This document shows positions 1 through 24,668 of a stretch of 64,000 nucleotides of DNA, in pieces. The stretch covers positions 99,820,001 through 99,884,000 of the forward strand of contig NC_092346.1 in assembly GCF_963676685.1 (NCBI RefSeq), given 5' to 3'. The position numbers and the translations under genes were made by a program. The notes under the pieces are model-generated. The model saw only the letters and a program-made list of their open reading frames with translations. It was not told the DNA's origin and did not search any database. Origin of the DNA: Mytilus edulis (lineage: Eukaryota). The first letter of the stretch is position 1, and each line of letters begins with the position of its first letter.

Positions 1-63
1 AATTAAAATAAAAAATAAAAAAAAAAATATAGACGACCCAGTTATACTTTCATTTATATTTAG

Positions 64-10562
<10,499 letters not shown>

Positions 10563-10899
10563 GATTTATCAGAAAACTCAAGTATTAACATTAATGGTAT
10601 GGAAAACATATTTTTTTCACATTGTTATAAAATTATAATCATATAGCAATTAACATGTTTTCCTCAAATTTTGAATTGAAGCTAGGTTATCAATAACAAA
10701 ACGAATAACTATATATCCTGAGGATATCAAATGATTTTATTTCCCTCATAACTGTGGTGTTGGTTAACGTAATGGTTCAATTTGTCAAAAGCAGTTCAAA
10801 TTACATTTTTGGACTATCTTCTGGCGTTTATAATTTATTTAGATGATATGTTAAGAAGTGAGCCTTAGGAATTTTGAAACCTTTGCATGCTTTAACTAC

Positions 10900-11600
10900 C
10901 GATATGACAGATCAATCATGATAGAGCCCGAATAGGCTTGCTGTAACTACTGACCTAACAGAGATCATTCATGTTAGAGCCAGAGTAAAACTCGCTCTAC
11001 CTGATATTACAGATCATTCATGGAAGATCTTAAATAGGGCATGTTCTATCTCATGATATAACAGATAACTTTTTGTAGAACTTGAAAAGTACTTGCTCTA
11101 CCTACTAATATCATAAGTTATATGGTTCGCTACTGACCCCCTACGGATCCATAGAGGGTTAGTAAATTTCATAGGAGGGAGGCCGGAGGCCGAATCCCCT
11201 ATTGATTTTATTCACCTTCTATGGTACGTAGGGGGTCAGTAGTTAACCGTATAACGAATTTATCGTACGCTGGACTTTTTCTGCTGTGTTATGTTGAAAA
11301 AAAAACCAATGAAACACAACACCATTAATAGATCACGTCACCATTAATGCGTAATGAACCCCCTATGAAATTTACTAACCCACTACGGTCTTATAGGGGG
11401 TCAATATGTGACGGCGTTAAACCAATCACAACGTGATATTTTACCCGCGGTGCGATAAGATATATAATTCATGGTAGAGCCTGGAAAGGACTTGCTCTAC
11501 CTTCTATTTCCTACTAACATGATATATCATTCACGGTTGAGACTGAATAGGGCTTGATCTACCTACTGATATGACAGATCATGCATGGTACAGCCCTATT
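10900..11600 (+). repeat. Degenerate ~51-bp tandem repeat downstream of the cyclase stop, interrupted by an insertion
   Basis: Recurring acagatcattcatggtagagcc...cttgctctacctactgata at ~10907, 10958, 11009, 11061, then again at ~11461-11595. Confidence 0.7.
11116..11458. mobile_element. Non-autonomous palindromic DNA element
   Basis: ~140-bp imperfect hairpin at 11116-11254 (gttatatggtt..ctactgaccccctacg / cgtagggggtcagtag..aaccgtataac), followed by an inner inverted pair ttatcgtac / gtgcgataa. Confidence 0.65.
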
Positions 11601-12966
11601 TCTAATCAGTTTTCTTCAAATGTGTTTTTGTGCATCAAAATACTTATAACTTTTCTTGTTGCAATATTTCAAAGAAATAGCCTCTGCATGTACACACAGC
11701 TTCATTACTATGGACACTGAAATTTCACTATAAAAGTTTCTTTTGAAGATGTGAATAAAGCACTAGAGTTAATACAGCCTGATTGATCTTTAAAAGTTTC
11801 AATTGCAGGTTGACTGAAACCGATTTAAAACCAACAGTTACCTGCACTGACGGTATTAAAAAAGCCAAAGACTATATGAGGTATGATGGAAGAGAGCTGG
11901 AAACCTGCAAGCTGCGAAACAATCTTTCATTGATGATATACACCATTTCATATCTACTGTCATCACGTTTATATAAACGTTCCCAACTTGAAAATGTTTT
12001 TCGTCTGTAAAGAATTTGTTTATGTGTATCGTACATCTTCTGGCTGTTTAAATGTTATCATTATATAAAGCTCTGCGTAAAATACTGTATTGATTGATAT
12101 ATTGTATTGAAAATTGAAATTGTCGACTGATAGATATTCTATATTCTATGAAGAAGCATTCAATAGTGTTATAGTTTTCAGCTGTCATGACAAATAAAAA
12201 TGCTGTAATGTTTTATTATCATTGATACAATAGTGAGTAAGAACATTATTGATAACATTTATTTATACTTTAATGGTTTTTATATATACAAGAAAGATAA
12301 CAGAAATAGCCAAAAACTTTTGACAATAAAAACCTACATCAAGCACCAAAATCTGACCCTATGATGAGGCATTATTATTTACAATAAACATACCATAGAT
12401 ACAAGGATTGTAATTGTGTATTCCAGACTGGCGTTTCGTCTTCAACAAACTTACCAATGATGTTCAAATAAGAATATCTAAAAAGGCCAAATTCAGTATG
12501 AAGTTGAAGAGCATTGAAAAACTAAAACCATATGTCACAATATACCATTTTAAAGAATAGTTGTACTTATACTCATAAAACTTATATTCAGACAAAGAGG
12601 TTGCAAATACATAAATATATTGTATGAGAGATACCATGTACGATATTTGGTTCAGTTTATGTTTTTATTGTGTCAGAATTATATTCCAAAAATATATGTC
12701 ACCAGTCTAACAATTCGTTCACTTTACACATGATCTTTCTCCGTGAATTCAGCATGCTTATCTATATATCATTAAACCCAACATTGCTTCTAAAAAGGTC
12801 ATGTACCAAGTCAGGAACATGGCAGTTGTTATCAAATAGTTCGTTTCTATGTCTTTTGGCGTTTGTTTTTGCTGCACTTTAGTGTTCCTGTTGTTCCTTT
12901 GTTTTCCTCTTATAGTTGACTTGTTTCCCTCCTTTTTTAGTTTGTAAGCCTGGTTTTCTCTCTCTT

Positions 12967-13513
12967 AGGTAGCACTCTACATTTAGAAAATAAAATTAAA
13001 ATTGAACCACAAAAGGTTTTATCATCTTCCATTACTGGCTTTCTAATACATTATCCTAACTGTTTATGTTATGCATATATATGTAATAAGTAACTTCCAT
13101 AGATTACAACATTTCAACAATTAAAAGGGTTAAATATAATTACTATTTGTGTATCCATGGCAACCTTCTGCATTTATTTACTTTAAAAATTGCAAAAAAG
13201 GGGGGGGGGCGCAAATGTCACATATTCCCCAACAATTTGGATCAACTAGAATTTGAATGCCTTTGAGTGATACCTTTTCAAAAACTGCTGACATTAATCT
13301 ACCTAATGATCAAATAAAAAACGGGTGTCTTCCTCATTTTTTCGTAAAATTTAATCACAAAGTTCATGCGACAAACACATTATGTAACATAGTCTTGATG
13401 TTTATACAAACCCACTATAAAGGCTATTTTAATCTTCAACTATCCAATAAATTAATTTTATAGTACACTACCTCTCATTTTTGAAAAAAAAACCTTACTG
13501 TGGAGTGCTACCT
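12967..13513. mobile_element. MITE with TTAA-like target (Kolobok-type termini), nested in another repeat
   Basis: TIR aggtagcactctaca / tgtggagtgctacct followed by taa. The right flank is the reverse complement of the repeat at 17197-17260. Confidence 0.75.
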
Positions 13514-14039
13514 TAATCCATTCATGACTTTCAAACACCGGTATACTACGGTTGCCTTTATTTTTTAGATCTGTCCCAGATAGTTAAGTAACCAATAACA
13601 GATCCATTTTCCCAAGTTATTCGGTATAAACTTTAAAATTAGATTCAACCATGATTCCATTTTATTTCTACTAGCTTTCCTAAAACTACACATACGATTG
13701 GTTTCAAAGAAGACAACATAGTATAAATAGAACACAGTTTTGCATTTATGCCATCAAGAATATATTTGGAGGGTAAACTGTTAAATATTATATAAATCAT
13801 TATCGGGTTTGTAAATGTCAATGAAAATATAACGACAAAACATATACTAATATATATGAAATAAAAACTCTACGGGGAAAACCCTCTCTATATGAACATG
13901 TTCTTAACTAAATATTTATTAACTATGTATTTACATTGTATCATAGATCAAATTTATTTTTCGTTGTGTGTTAATTTGTGTTATTACTTTTTTTTGATTG
14001 AGTAAAGCAATTCCAAATGATATGTTATAGTGTGACTTT

Positions 14040-14385
14040 CTATGTTATGATGTGATACTATTGTTTCAGAAAAGGGAGAAGGTTTGGTACCATTAAAACG
14101 TTTAATCCCGCTGCAATTGTGTGCAACTGTCCTAAGTCAGGAATCTGATGTTCAGATGTTGTCGTCTGTTTTTGAGGTTCATATGTTTCTCGCTTCTCGT
14201 TTTTATATAGATAAGACTGTTGGTTTTCCCGTTCGAATGGTTTTACCCTTGTAATGTGTGATGTCCTGTATAGCTTGCTGTTCGGTGTGAGCCTAGGCTC
14301 CGTGTTGAAGACCGTATCTTGACCTATAATGGTTTTCTTTTATAAATTGTGACTTGGATGGACTCATACCATATCTCCCTATATA
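14040..14385 (-). repeat. Interspersed repeat, reverse copy of the family at 19345-19855
   Basis: Shares gtcc(c/t)aagtcagga, aatcccgc..caa and ttgacctata..ggtt blocks in reverse complement. Confidence 0.7.
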
Positions 14386-15196
14386 TAATTATTATAAATA
14401 AGAGACGTATTGTGCAAAGCATTGTAAGCATGCCAATAGGTTATTGACATGCGTAATTTACAGAAAGAACATTTTAGTTTCTTTGGTCAGCTGTTAATCT
14501 TTGACATGCGTCACCGCCCATTAATATTACAAACCATATATAGCAACGCCATACTCATTAACACATGAAATGCAACGAAAGCGATTCCATTCTTTAGCCG
14601 TGAACTCGTTAGTTGTTGTTTAATGCAATTTCTTTTTGTTTCTTGGTATTAGCTGCTGATGGCACATCTTTAAAATTCTCTACTTATTCTTATTTTTTCA
14701 CCAATTCTCAGATTCGGGCGAATATTATAAATATGTACCCTTTCTCGATTTTGCAAATTTGGGAATAATTAAGCAAAAAACGGTTCATTATTTCAATCCT
14801 CCTCATGGGCATATACTGGCGTTTAAAATTTAAGAAATATAGAGTAAACTTGAAGACGTTAATTATTATCTGAAGCCTAACACTTACAACACAACACAGA
14901 ATAGCAACACATCAAAAGCAAATAAAAAAGAAATGTAAATAAACTGGGACTTCGTTCATCACATAATCATCGCGACATTAGTTAAATAGTTTTAAAAAAA
15001 AACCACATTTTTAGACCTTATGAAAGAAAAGCACTAATTTTATTAATTTTTTTTTATTGAACGGCTAATATCATACAAACAATCATTGTAGTGGTATGGT
15101 GAACTTAACAATGGCTTTAAAATTTAAGGCTATACAAAATAAGTTCATTTCAATCTTCACATCAGTATCTCCCGTCTTTTTCCTTCTCATCTAATC

Positions 15197-15500
15197 TGCT
15201 GATACTGAGAAGGTAGGTTCCATCTATGTAAATCATCTGTTCTGCTGATACTGGGAAGGTATGTTCTAACCATGTAAATCATCTGTCATTCTGTTGATAC
15301 TGAGAAGGTAGGCTCTTTCCATGTAAATCATCTGTCATTCTGTTGATACTGCGAAGGTAAAATGTTCTAACCATGTAAATCATCTGTCATTCAGTTGATA
15401 CTGTGAAGGTAGGTTCCATCCATGTATATCAACTGTCACGTACACCGCTGATAATGGGAAAGAATGTTCCCTCCATCAAAACCAAGTAGAAGAACGCTGA
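15197..15500. repeat. 49-bp minisatellite in the predicted 3' UTR of six-Cys membrane gene copy 1
   Basis: About 5 full units of ctgttgatactgagaaggtaggttc..ccatgtaaatcatctgtcatt between the stop (15658) and AATAAA on the minus strand (15053-15058). Confidence 0.85.
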
Positions 15501-15657
15501 TACTAGAAGTGTAAGTACACACGAACATTTAATCGCTAGTAACGCAAGTATTAATGTTAATTGTACATTAATTCTACACTTCTTTACGACTTATATCTAT
15601 CCATCTCAAATTCTCCGTGAATATGCACAGTTTGGAATAAAAGATGGAATATACACG

Positions 15658-17504
15658 TTAAACAACGAAATATGGTGGCGAATGATGATTTACACTTTTT
15701 ACGGGAATGGTAGCATGTTGTTTCGCTGGTCTCACTTGTATTTTCTTGTGTTTTATCTCTACAATAAACATGTTGTATGTAAGAACAATATGATATAAAG
15801 AATGAAAATCTTACCACTTAAAAAATATGATTTGTAATGTCAAATAATATACAATTTGGGGGAAGAGGGGGGGAGTGTAGATAAATATTAATGTATTAAA
15901 GTTAACACATTTTGAATTTCTGTTACAAGATGAACCTCCCTTTCAGCATGACTTATTCGAAGCACTGTTATGTCCATTAACCGCTCGCGGTTTGATAGCT
16001 TGGTGAAATTTCTGACAGTTAACTAAAAGTGTGACAAATCCTTTACAAAAGCCTTGTTGTCATTATACGTTGCAAACAGTTTTAAAACTGTATGTTCATG
16101 GTTAAAATGCATATATTAGTGCATGTACTCGTTAGTTACAATATTATTTTGTTTTCTATAAGGTTCCGTTTCTCACTGGGAACTGCCAATAAAGAATATG
16201 TTTGTATGGAATAAAGTCAATACAATAATTGTCGTATGAATCACTTATGTAGATTAAGTATTGTTTTCGTCGAAAATAAACAGCTTTCATTTTATTACAT
16301 TCGTAGAAACAAGTTTTAATAAACGATAAACAATTGAAACTTACCTGTACATTTGGAATAGACGACACAAACAACTGCAAGTAAAATTCCAAGTCCCACA
16401 GATGCCAATATCACCAATACTATCATACCACTGAAATACAAAAACACAGATAATTCGATGCCTTACCTTTTCCATATTTCAATGACCTTATATATTGAAG
16501 AAGGCGTTGGATAAACGCCAATAAAGCAGAAACCACATAATAGGTGCCCATACGAATAACTAAAACAAATTGAAAAAATGTCCATTATAGTAAGAATTAT
16601 CTCAAACATTAGAACATCCATCCTTTAATCCCATATATAAAACACACGCAAAATAGGTGCGACATTTAGTAGAAAAAAAATCACTATCTGTTGTTTTTGC
16701 TGTAGAAATTAACCTGTATTCTTTACATGATGTATAAAGTCAAGAGTCTTACACTTTGAACAGAGACAAGAAGTGCTCGATTAAAAACGTCGACAACTTT
16801 TGAAATGATTTATTACAATTTACCTACTTAATTGATACACATAGAGATGTTCCTGTGCAATAAAGACCCTCCAAACAACACCATGTGCCACCTGTACATT
16901 GATGATAGGTTGCTGGACATTCCTCTTGTGTAGCTGAAAATAAAAATATTATCGATTTTAAAATCGGAAAAAGTAAATTTCTACTCAACTATCGCGTTAG
17001 AGTCGACTTTCTGAAGAAATATTTATATTTATTAAGAATTATGAAATATTAAAAATATCAAATTATCAACTAAAAGCAATTAAACCAACACTGTGTGTAC
17101 CTAATTTATAGTTCATTGGACGTTTTGTTATATGATAAAAAAAAAACAAATAAGAAGGAAAATCTCTTGTATAAAATATAGGTTTCCTCCTATAAATAAA
17201 GGCAACAACAGTATACCGTTGTTCGAAATTCATAAATCGATTGAGAAAAAAACAAATCCTATACACTGTTCGACTCATTCATTACGGGAGAGAAAAATTA
17301 AACCAAGGATCCAAATAACTAATCAATTGTTGACAGCAAAATTAATTCAAATATTGCAGTCCACATGTAATGTTCTAAAGTAGAAAGTGCACCTGAGCAA
17401 AACAGAATTAAACATAGTATATTAGATAACTTACATTGACAAGATACTTCTAATATTACACTGAAGATTGTTAAAAGAAATACGTAAACATATGTAACAT
17501 CCAT
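15658..17504 (-). CDS. Small single-pass type I membrane protein with six-cysteine ectodomain, copy 1 (120 aa)
   Basis: Exons 17504-17435, 16933-16828, 16430-16345, 15758-15658 (70+106+86+101=363 nt, all GT-AG). MDVTYVYVFLLTIFSVILEVSCQSTQEECPATYHQCTGGTWCCLEGLYCTGTSLCVSINGMIVLVILASVGLGILLAVVCVVYSKCTEIKHKKIQVRPAKQHATIPVKSVNHHSPPYFVV*. Exon sizes are identical in all three copies while the introns diverge. Confidence 0.9.
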
Positions 17505-17556
17505 GCCTCTTATTAAAGATATATTTCGGAAATGCTTACATATGATTATATTTTAT

Positions 17557-17564
17557 CTTTTATA
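17557..17564 (-). promoter_or_regulatory. TATA box of six-Cys gene copy 1
   Basis: TATAAAAG on the minus strand ~55 bp upstream of the ATG; conserved at 24721-24728 and 31939-31946. Confidence 0.65.
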
Positions 17565-18623
17565 CCTTTTGCCGATCTTTTTTCAGATTCAGTTGAATTT
17601 ATCAAATACACGGAAATGATATTGTTCCCAATTAGTCGTCTTAAATTTCAGTTAATTTAAATAAAGCAAATTTAAAGTTTGCGTAATCAAGCGTATTGTT
17701 ATATCCGTATATATGAACTTGCTTGATGGAGTGGAAAATACAACGTAATCATTCAAGGGCATTACGATTAATTCCAGTAATGTATGTATAAATAGAATCA
17801 TTTGGAAACCGTCAATCATTTTAATTCAGAGGATTTCATTCATGATTTCGTGAAGAGAATACGTCACTACCACACGGCGTGTTACTGGAACTATAGGTAC
17901 GCTCATGGGAATTATTAAGACAATGTTTTAATGAAGTTTGTATGCTAGCTACCTCAACACAAGGAGTTTTTTATGATAATTTGAACACTTTTCGTGATGA
18001 AGTAAGATGAATAATAAATCGTCTTCAGATCAGTTGTGTGAATTTGAAACTTGTTGAAAAAGAAAACAACGATACGTATTAAGTAAGAGATATTTGAATT
18101 ACAAGTAATCTTAATATAATTTAATCCTGGTATCTATGATAAGTTTATTTCATTGCACTTGTTGAAATTATCAGAATAACATCTTTAAAATAAAGCTTAC
18201 AATAAATTCATTAGAAATGCAAAAGTAACAAAATAAGAGAAAAGAAATGAAAAGTATAACAAAATATTGGAACTAAGCTTTGATGAAAACCTTTACGTTC
18301 AGTTTTATGTATCATTTTAAACTTAAATTAATGACATACACATATTTGTTAGTTATACATTTGAAGCAGCATCTGAGATCATCAAATTATTTTATGTGTT
18401 TTTTTTAACTTATGTGTATAGACTAAGCAGACTGTTTTCTTTTCGTCATTTCCTTTTGCTCAGAGTTTTTTTGTTTTTTTTTCGATTCATTCTCTCTGTG
18501 GCAGATTTTTAACCTTTTTTTTTTAAGTTATGTATGTCCATTTGCATTCCATTTAGCCTTTAAAAAACAAGTGATCCTTTTTTAACTGGAATTATCTATC
18601 TCACAAAATCTAGTATGACACTA

Positions 18624-19246
18624 ACGTAAGGGTACCCAAATTGCACCGAGTACCCAAATTGCACCTATTTAGAAACAATAGCAACGGAAATCTTACAACA
18701 TTTCCTAGAGACTAAACAATTTGTATTTTTTTGATTTTGATACTATGCACGTCTTTCAACATAGGTAAACATATTTAGATATACACAAAACGTTCACAGT
18801 ATTTATCAACAGATGGACTGTTCACTGAAAAAGCAAAATGTTCGAAAACGTCACCGTACGACGTCAACAAAACGTCATCTTTTTTAAAATTAGCAAAAAC
18901 AATATATTATAAGCATCTATTTTGTAAAATATGAAGAGTAAGCATGGACTTATATCCAATTGTTCAAAATATTTGAAGAAATTAAACAAAAGCTCGGTTA
19001 TTAGAATTTTGACGATGTGAATTTAAACATGGATGCAATTTAGGTACTCCTCATAACAGAATCCTGGATAGTTTGGAGGTTGATTCAAACCCATTTTTTT
19101 ATGGACTCAATATGGATTAAAAATCAAACTAGTGTACCTATACAATGAAGAAGGATAGGGCTACAGTATGGACATATTTTACTTGATCATAACAAAACGT
19201 AGGTGAAGAAACTGTCAAAATAGGTGCAATTTGGGTATCGTCACGT
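18624..19246. mobile_element. MITE with TA target duplication, upstream of copy 1
   Basis: TIR acgtaagggtacccaaattgcacc / ggtgcaatttgggtatcgtcacgt flanked by TA. The paralogous empty site is visible near 26650 and 33850. Confidence 0.85.
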
Positions 19247-19344
19247 TAGGCCCAATACTTTAAATTAAATTCAACGATGATTATTTTCAAACATGCTATA
19301 GCTACTGTCCGATATTGATATCTCTAAAGAATAATATTATAAAA

Positions 19345-19855
19345 AAAGAAGATGTGGTATGATTGCCAATGAGACAACTATCCACAAAAGACCAAAATGA
19401 CACAGACATTAACAACCATAGGTCACCGTACGGCCTTCAACAATGAGAAAGCCAATACCGCATAGTCAGATATAAAAGGTCCCGATAAGACAATGTAAAA
19501 CAATTCAAACGAGAAAACTAACGGTCTTATTTATGTAAAAAATAAATGAACGAAAAACAAATATGTAACACATAAACAAACGACAACCACTGAATTACAG
19601 GCTCCTGACTTGGGACAGGCACATACATAAATATTGTGGCGGGATTAAACATGTTAGCGGGATCCCAACCCTTCCCCTAACCTGGGACAGTGGTATAACA
19701 GTACAACATAAGAACGAACTATAAAAATCAGTTGAAAAAGGCTTACCTCATCAGATGGACAAAAATACAAGTGGACGTGGCCCGGTACTTATACATCCCG
19801 ACACAAAAAGACACAATGAACAACTAATAAAAAAATCATGCATCTAAGACTAAAT
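19345..19855 (+). repeat. Abundant interspersed repeat (aagaagatgtggtatgattgccaatgagacaact family)
   Basis: Related segments at 20390-20835, 38606-38740 and 50040-50835, and reversed at ~9940-10060, 14040-14385 and 61240-61450. Confidence 0.8.
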
Positions 19856-22485
19856 CTTACTTTTATATATATCTGCGAACATTCTTTGATACTATGTTAT
19901 TATGTATTTCCACTATTCTGAATTTTTTTGCATATGATATCGAACAGTTATTACACTGATGAGACTGGTACTGTTTAGTCGAAGTCTTTTAATTGTAAGA
20001 GTTATCTCCCAGAACACCTTTCATTGTGGTGAGATCTCTTCCGTAACCGTAAAAGAAAACGAAAAATTCATTTTACCAAATTGCTCTTTATTTCCTCAGG
20101 AATTTTGCTTCAATTTTGACTGAAGCAATACGAAGACTCCATATGAGAGTTATTTCCCCGTATGCATTTGAAATATGTGATATGCATTTAAAACTGATAA
20201 ACCATAAGTGATAGAGATCTAGGGTCTTTTGATTTAAAGTCCTTCGTCCAAACAATAGAAAACTAGGTCAAAGTCAAAGATCAAGGTCATATTCTAATTT
20301 TCTAATTTTTTACTTTTCCTTGTTCTTTGTCCTTTGATCTCATTTGTCACTGTTATAGATATATATAAAAGAACTAGTGCAAATTTTTTTAAAACCAGGT
20401 TCAATCAACCATTTTCTACATCAGATAACCGTACAGCTTTCAATAATGAGAAAAAAAAACGTACTGTATGGCTGACTATAAAAGGCCCCGACATGAAAAA
20501 TATGAAACGATTCAATTGAGGAAACTAACGGCCTAACACTTTACGAAACACAAATAAGAGATGAACCAACGGCAACCACTGTACTACTATTGGCTCCTGA
20601 CTTAGAACAGTCACATACCAAATGTAATGGGGTCTAACATGTTTGTCAGCGCACAACCCTCCCCTTTCCTTTGACAGTGGTGAAACAGTACAGCATAAGA
20701 ACTAACTATAAATATCAGTTGAAAAAGACATATCTCATCAGGTGGATACAAATGAAAATACATCTATATTAAAAATAAAAAGAGTAAATGTGGACGGGTA
20801 CTTAACCATCCCACAATAAAAGTACAATAAGAACAGGTCATATACCATCATCGTTCCCCCTAGGCCTATTAGTCTTTGTTAAATTTGTACTTTTTCAAAA
20901 GGAATTTGCAGAATTTATCTTCATTCTAAATAAGGAAATACTTTGCACGGGTAAATTTTTATCCTGTCCAGCACTAGACAAAAGTTCACATACCAATTCA
21001 TTGCATATAAGATAATAACCATCACTGGAAGTTAACCAATCAAATATTCACTAGTTCTTTTTCCACTTTGACACGTTTTAGTACATGTAACCATGTAACC
21101 TCAAATTTCCAAAATGTTCTATATAAACACAAAATGAAATAAGAATGATGCTTTACAATACCCAGTATGTATGATTATGAAGTGTAAAATATATTTTCTA
21201 CAACAGTCAAATTCAAGGTAATATTTTTATTTGACCCTTTTTTTATGCAACCAGATGTGACCTTCTATGATTTGGTGGTATACACATAAATAAGACTTTG
21301 TTTGTTGAATAACCTGAGTGATTTGTTTTTCATTTAAAATGCTGGTTATTTCACTGTAAAATTTTGTCATAATCTGTTCAATAGTTTAATGAAATCTAGT
21401 ATATTGTAAGACGACATCTTCAGAGATTCGGGCAAATGTGTTCGAATATGTTGTTACAATTTTTTTATTGATAGGTTTTATTTAGAATGAGTTATACTGC
21501 AACTAGTTGTGTTTATTTCCTAAATATAGTAACAACTATATTCTGCGCAATGTCAACTTCATCATGGATCATTTTCTCCACAATTATCAAGGGATGAAAA
21601 TAAATATAATATTTGTGTTTCGATTTAAAAAAAAAATAAAATCCATGTATCAAATTAAGTCGCAGTATAAAAACAATAGTATGTCAATTGGTAAAACGCC
21701 CTTCCCCAGTTTCTTAGCCTCATACAAAAGAGTTTATATTTTTCTAACATTGACCTAGTATTGTATATGAAGATATAGTACAACATAACTTAAGTAGGAG
21801 AAAAAGAACTTAAAGAAAGCAAAACACAAATAGAAAAGAAAAACAATAAAAAAAATATTTCTATGGACTACAGACACAAATGGTAAGTTAACCCAAGTGC
21901 TTCGGATGAATAATGAAGCAGTTCCATTATATGATAAAAACAAGGCAAAAATAAATCGGAAGGTTACCAAGATTGTTTGGATCAATATGCAGTTCCGATA
22001 TACTCGCCAATTATATTATATGATAAAGTGTATAAACATGGCAAAATCCTAATGCCGTATCACACTCGGCCGATATCATCTATTGGGTCTAAAGGCCCTC
22101 GGGCTGATATTGGTATCTCGGGATGGTACGGCATGTGATACGGACTTTGCCATGTATTATTATCTGTGTATCACATGTCAAGGGCAGATAAATACGACGT
22201 ATAGCAACCTCAGACGAAATTCAACATCAGCATTAATTCGACATCATCATCAGTTGAGTAGTTTAATAGCAAACACATTTAAGGCCTAATGAAAAAAGCG
22301 CTAGTTTTGTTATATTTTTTTATTACACATCTAATATTATCAGAAGAGTAATTGTAGTGTGTAGATGAACTTAACACCGGATTGTCCTATCAAATTTAAG
22401 ACAAAACAAACTTAGTTCATCTTAACCTTTTACATCGCAGACATCGATTCTGGTGCTCTCGTCCTTTTCTCTTACTTTAACTGTA

Positions 22486-22800
22486 CTGATGATTCTGGGA
22501 AGGTATGTTCCATCCATGTATAAAATCAACTGTCACACCACTGATACTTATAAAGTATGTTCGATTCATGTAAATTAACTGTCACGCCGCCGATACAGGG
22601 AAGGTATGTTTTATACATGTACAGTAACTGTCACACCGCTGATACTTATAAAGTATGTTCGATTCATGTAAATTAACTGTCACACCACTGATACTGGGAA
22701 GGTATGTTTCATACATGTACATCAACTGTCACACCGCTGATACTTATAAGGTATGTTCGATTCATGTAAATTAACTGTCACGCCGCCGATACAGGGACGG
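22486..22800. repeat. 49-bp minisatellite in the predicted 3' UTR of copy 2 (6 full units, alternating A/B types)
   Basis: Units ctgatacttataaagtatgttcgattcatgtaaattaactgtcac.. alternate with ..gggaaggtatgttt..; only 3 full units remain at 29860-30030. Confidence 0.85.
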
Positions 22801-23020
22801 TTTGTTAATTAACTGCTTATTGTATACAGATGATACGTCAATCGTTGGTATACCCGAATATGTTACCCTAGTAACGCAAGTATTTATGTTATTTGTACAT
22901 TAATTCTTTGTTTTCCTACGATTTATATCTATCCATCTCACATTCACTGTGATTATATCTTTCCATCTCACATTCACTGTGATTATGCATAGTTTTGAAT
23001 AAAAGAAGGAATATATCACG

Positions 23021-24668
23021 CTAAACAATGTAATATGGTGGTGAATGATGATTTCCACTTTTTACGGGAATGGTAGCATGTTGTTTTGCTGGTCTCACTT
23101 GAATTGTCTTGTGTTGTATCTCTACAATTGAAAGGAATCTTGTTTTGAAATGGAATCATTGTTGTTATATTCTAAATTATTCAATGTTATTTTTTTTTTA
23201 GTTGATGAAAGGAAAAATGCTTTACATAAAAAAAATGTTTTGTAATGACAACTTATATACAATTGAAAGCGATTGGTAATTATTAAAACAACAAGATGTT
23301 CTAAGTAAAAACATTTCATATTTCTTTGAAAAGATATATTCCCTTTTAATTTCTAGAGGACATTGTATTTCAATCTTCTGACGCATGAAAGCACTGTTAT
23401 TCAGTTTACAGTGATCGCACTGTGATACCTTAAACACTTCTTTCAGATAACAAAAGTGTGACAATTCATTTATAAAATCTCGTTATCATAATATTTTTAA
23501 AGGTTTTTATAACAGGATACTGATGGAAAAATTGCACATAGCAGTACATACAAAAAAAACGGCTGTGTAAAAATATCAATTTGGTTGTTTAGGAACTGTT
23601 CTTTCATCATTGTTTATCTGTGGTTTACCATTAGAATTAAACGTAGATATTAATATTTGCCGTGTTACATATCTCACTCGAATACAGACAGTTACAAAAA
23701 ATAAATATTAATATGTACGGAAGTCATTATAATAACTGGCTACGTTTTTTACTCGTATACAGCCAGTAAAGAAAATTTTTTACGAAATAAAGATAGTGTA
23801 ATAACTGCCTGTATGATTAATTGACGCAGATAATGTATTTTGTCACAAAAGATACAGAGTGTTGATTTTATCACATTTGTAGAAACTAGATTCAACGATA
23901 AGCAATTTACACCTACCTGTACATTTTGAATAAACAACACAAACAACGGCAAGTAAAATTCCAAGTCCTACAGAAGACAATATCACCAATACTATCATAC
24001 CACTGAAATACAAAAAAACATCATTCAATGCTTTACATACTTCAATTATCAAATATTGATAATATATGACCCAACAGTAACCTTCTGCCATTTTGAAGCT
24101 CTTGGTCGGTTCGCTGTCACCTCGACACATTCCCCATTTACATTATCAATTTCGAAAGAATGCGTGGGGTATACGCCAAAAAAGAAAAGAAAAAAAAGAA
24201 AACTAAACAAACAATCTTACTTATTGAACATAGAGACGAAATGCATGACGGTTCGATAAAGAAAATCAACATTTTTTGAGATTATTAATTACAATTTACT
24301 TACTTAATTGATAAACATAGAGATGTTCCAGTGCAATAAAGACCTTCTGGACAACACCATGTGCCACCTGTACATTGATGATAGGTTGCTGGACATTCCT
24401 CTTGTGGAGCTAAAGTAAAAAATATTGCCGATGTTAAAATCAGGAAAAACTATTGCTTTAAAATTAATCATTTTAGCTTACAAAAATGATGAGAAAAAAC
24501 TAAAATAAACTGAGTTTACCTTTGGTCCAAAGGACATCCGATAATTGTTATTGAAAAATAAAAAAAAATGAATTAAACATATTATATAGATTACTTACCT
24601 TGACAAGATACTTCTAATATTACATTGAAAAAAGTTAAAAGAAATACGTAAACATATGTAACATCCAT
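23021..24668 (-). CDS. Small single-pass membrane protein with six-cysteine ectodomain, copy 2 (120 aa)
   Basis: Exons 24668-24599, 24409-24304, 24002-23917, 23121-23021. MDVTYVYVFLLTFFNVILEVSCQAPQEECPATYHQCTGGTWCCPEGLYCTGTSLCLSINGMIVLVILSSVGLGILLAVVCVVYSKCTEIQHKTIQVRPAKQHATIPVKSGNHHSPPYYIV*. Confidence 0.9.

Noticed and set aside
12420-12470. Another hammerhead on the minus strand
   Set aside because: Retrozyme-family relic in which the CUGAUGA core and stems have decayed.
16820-16830. Programmed secreted isoform of the six-Cys protein via the stop right after the exon 2 donor
   Set aside because: A phase-2 GTAA/GTAG donor automatically gives an in-frame stop, so this is not evidence without transcripts.
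19951-19998. Hammerhead-like CTGATGA-gact..agtc-GAAG
   Set aside because: GAAA is GAAG and there is no credible stem III or cleavage triplet; at best a dead remnant.
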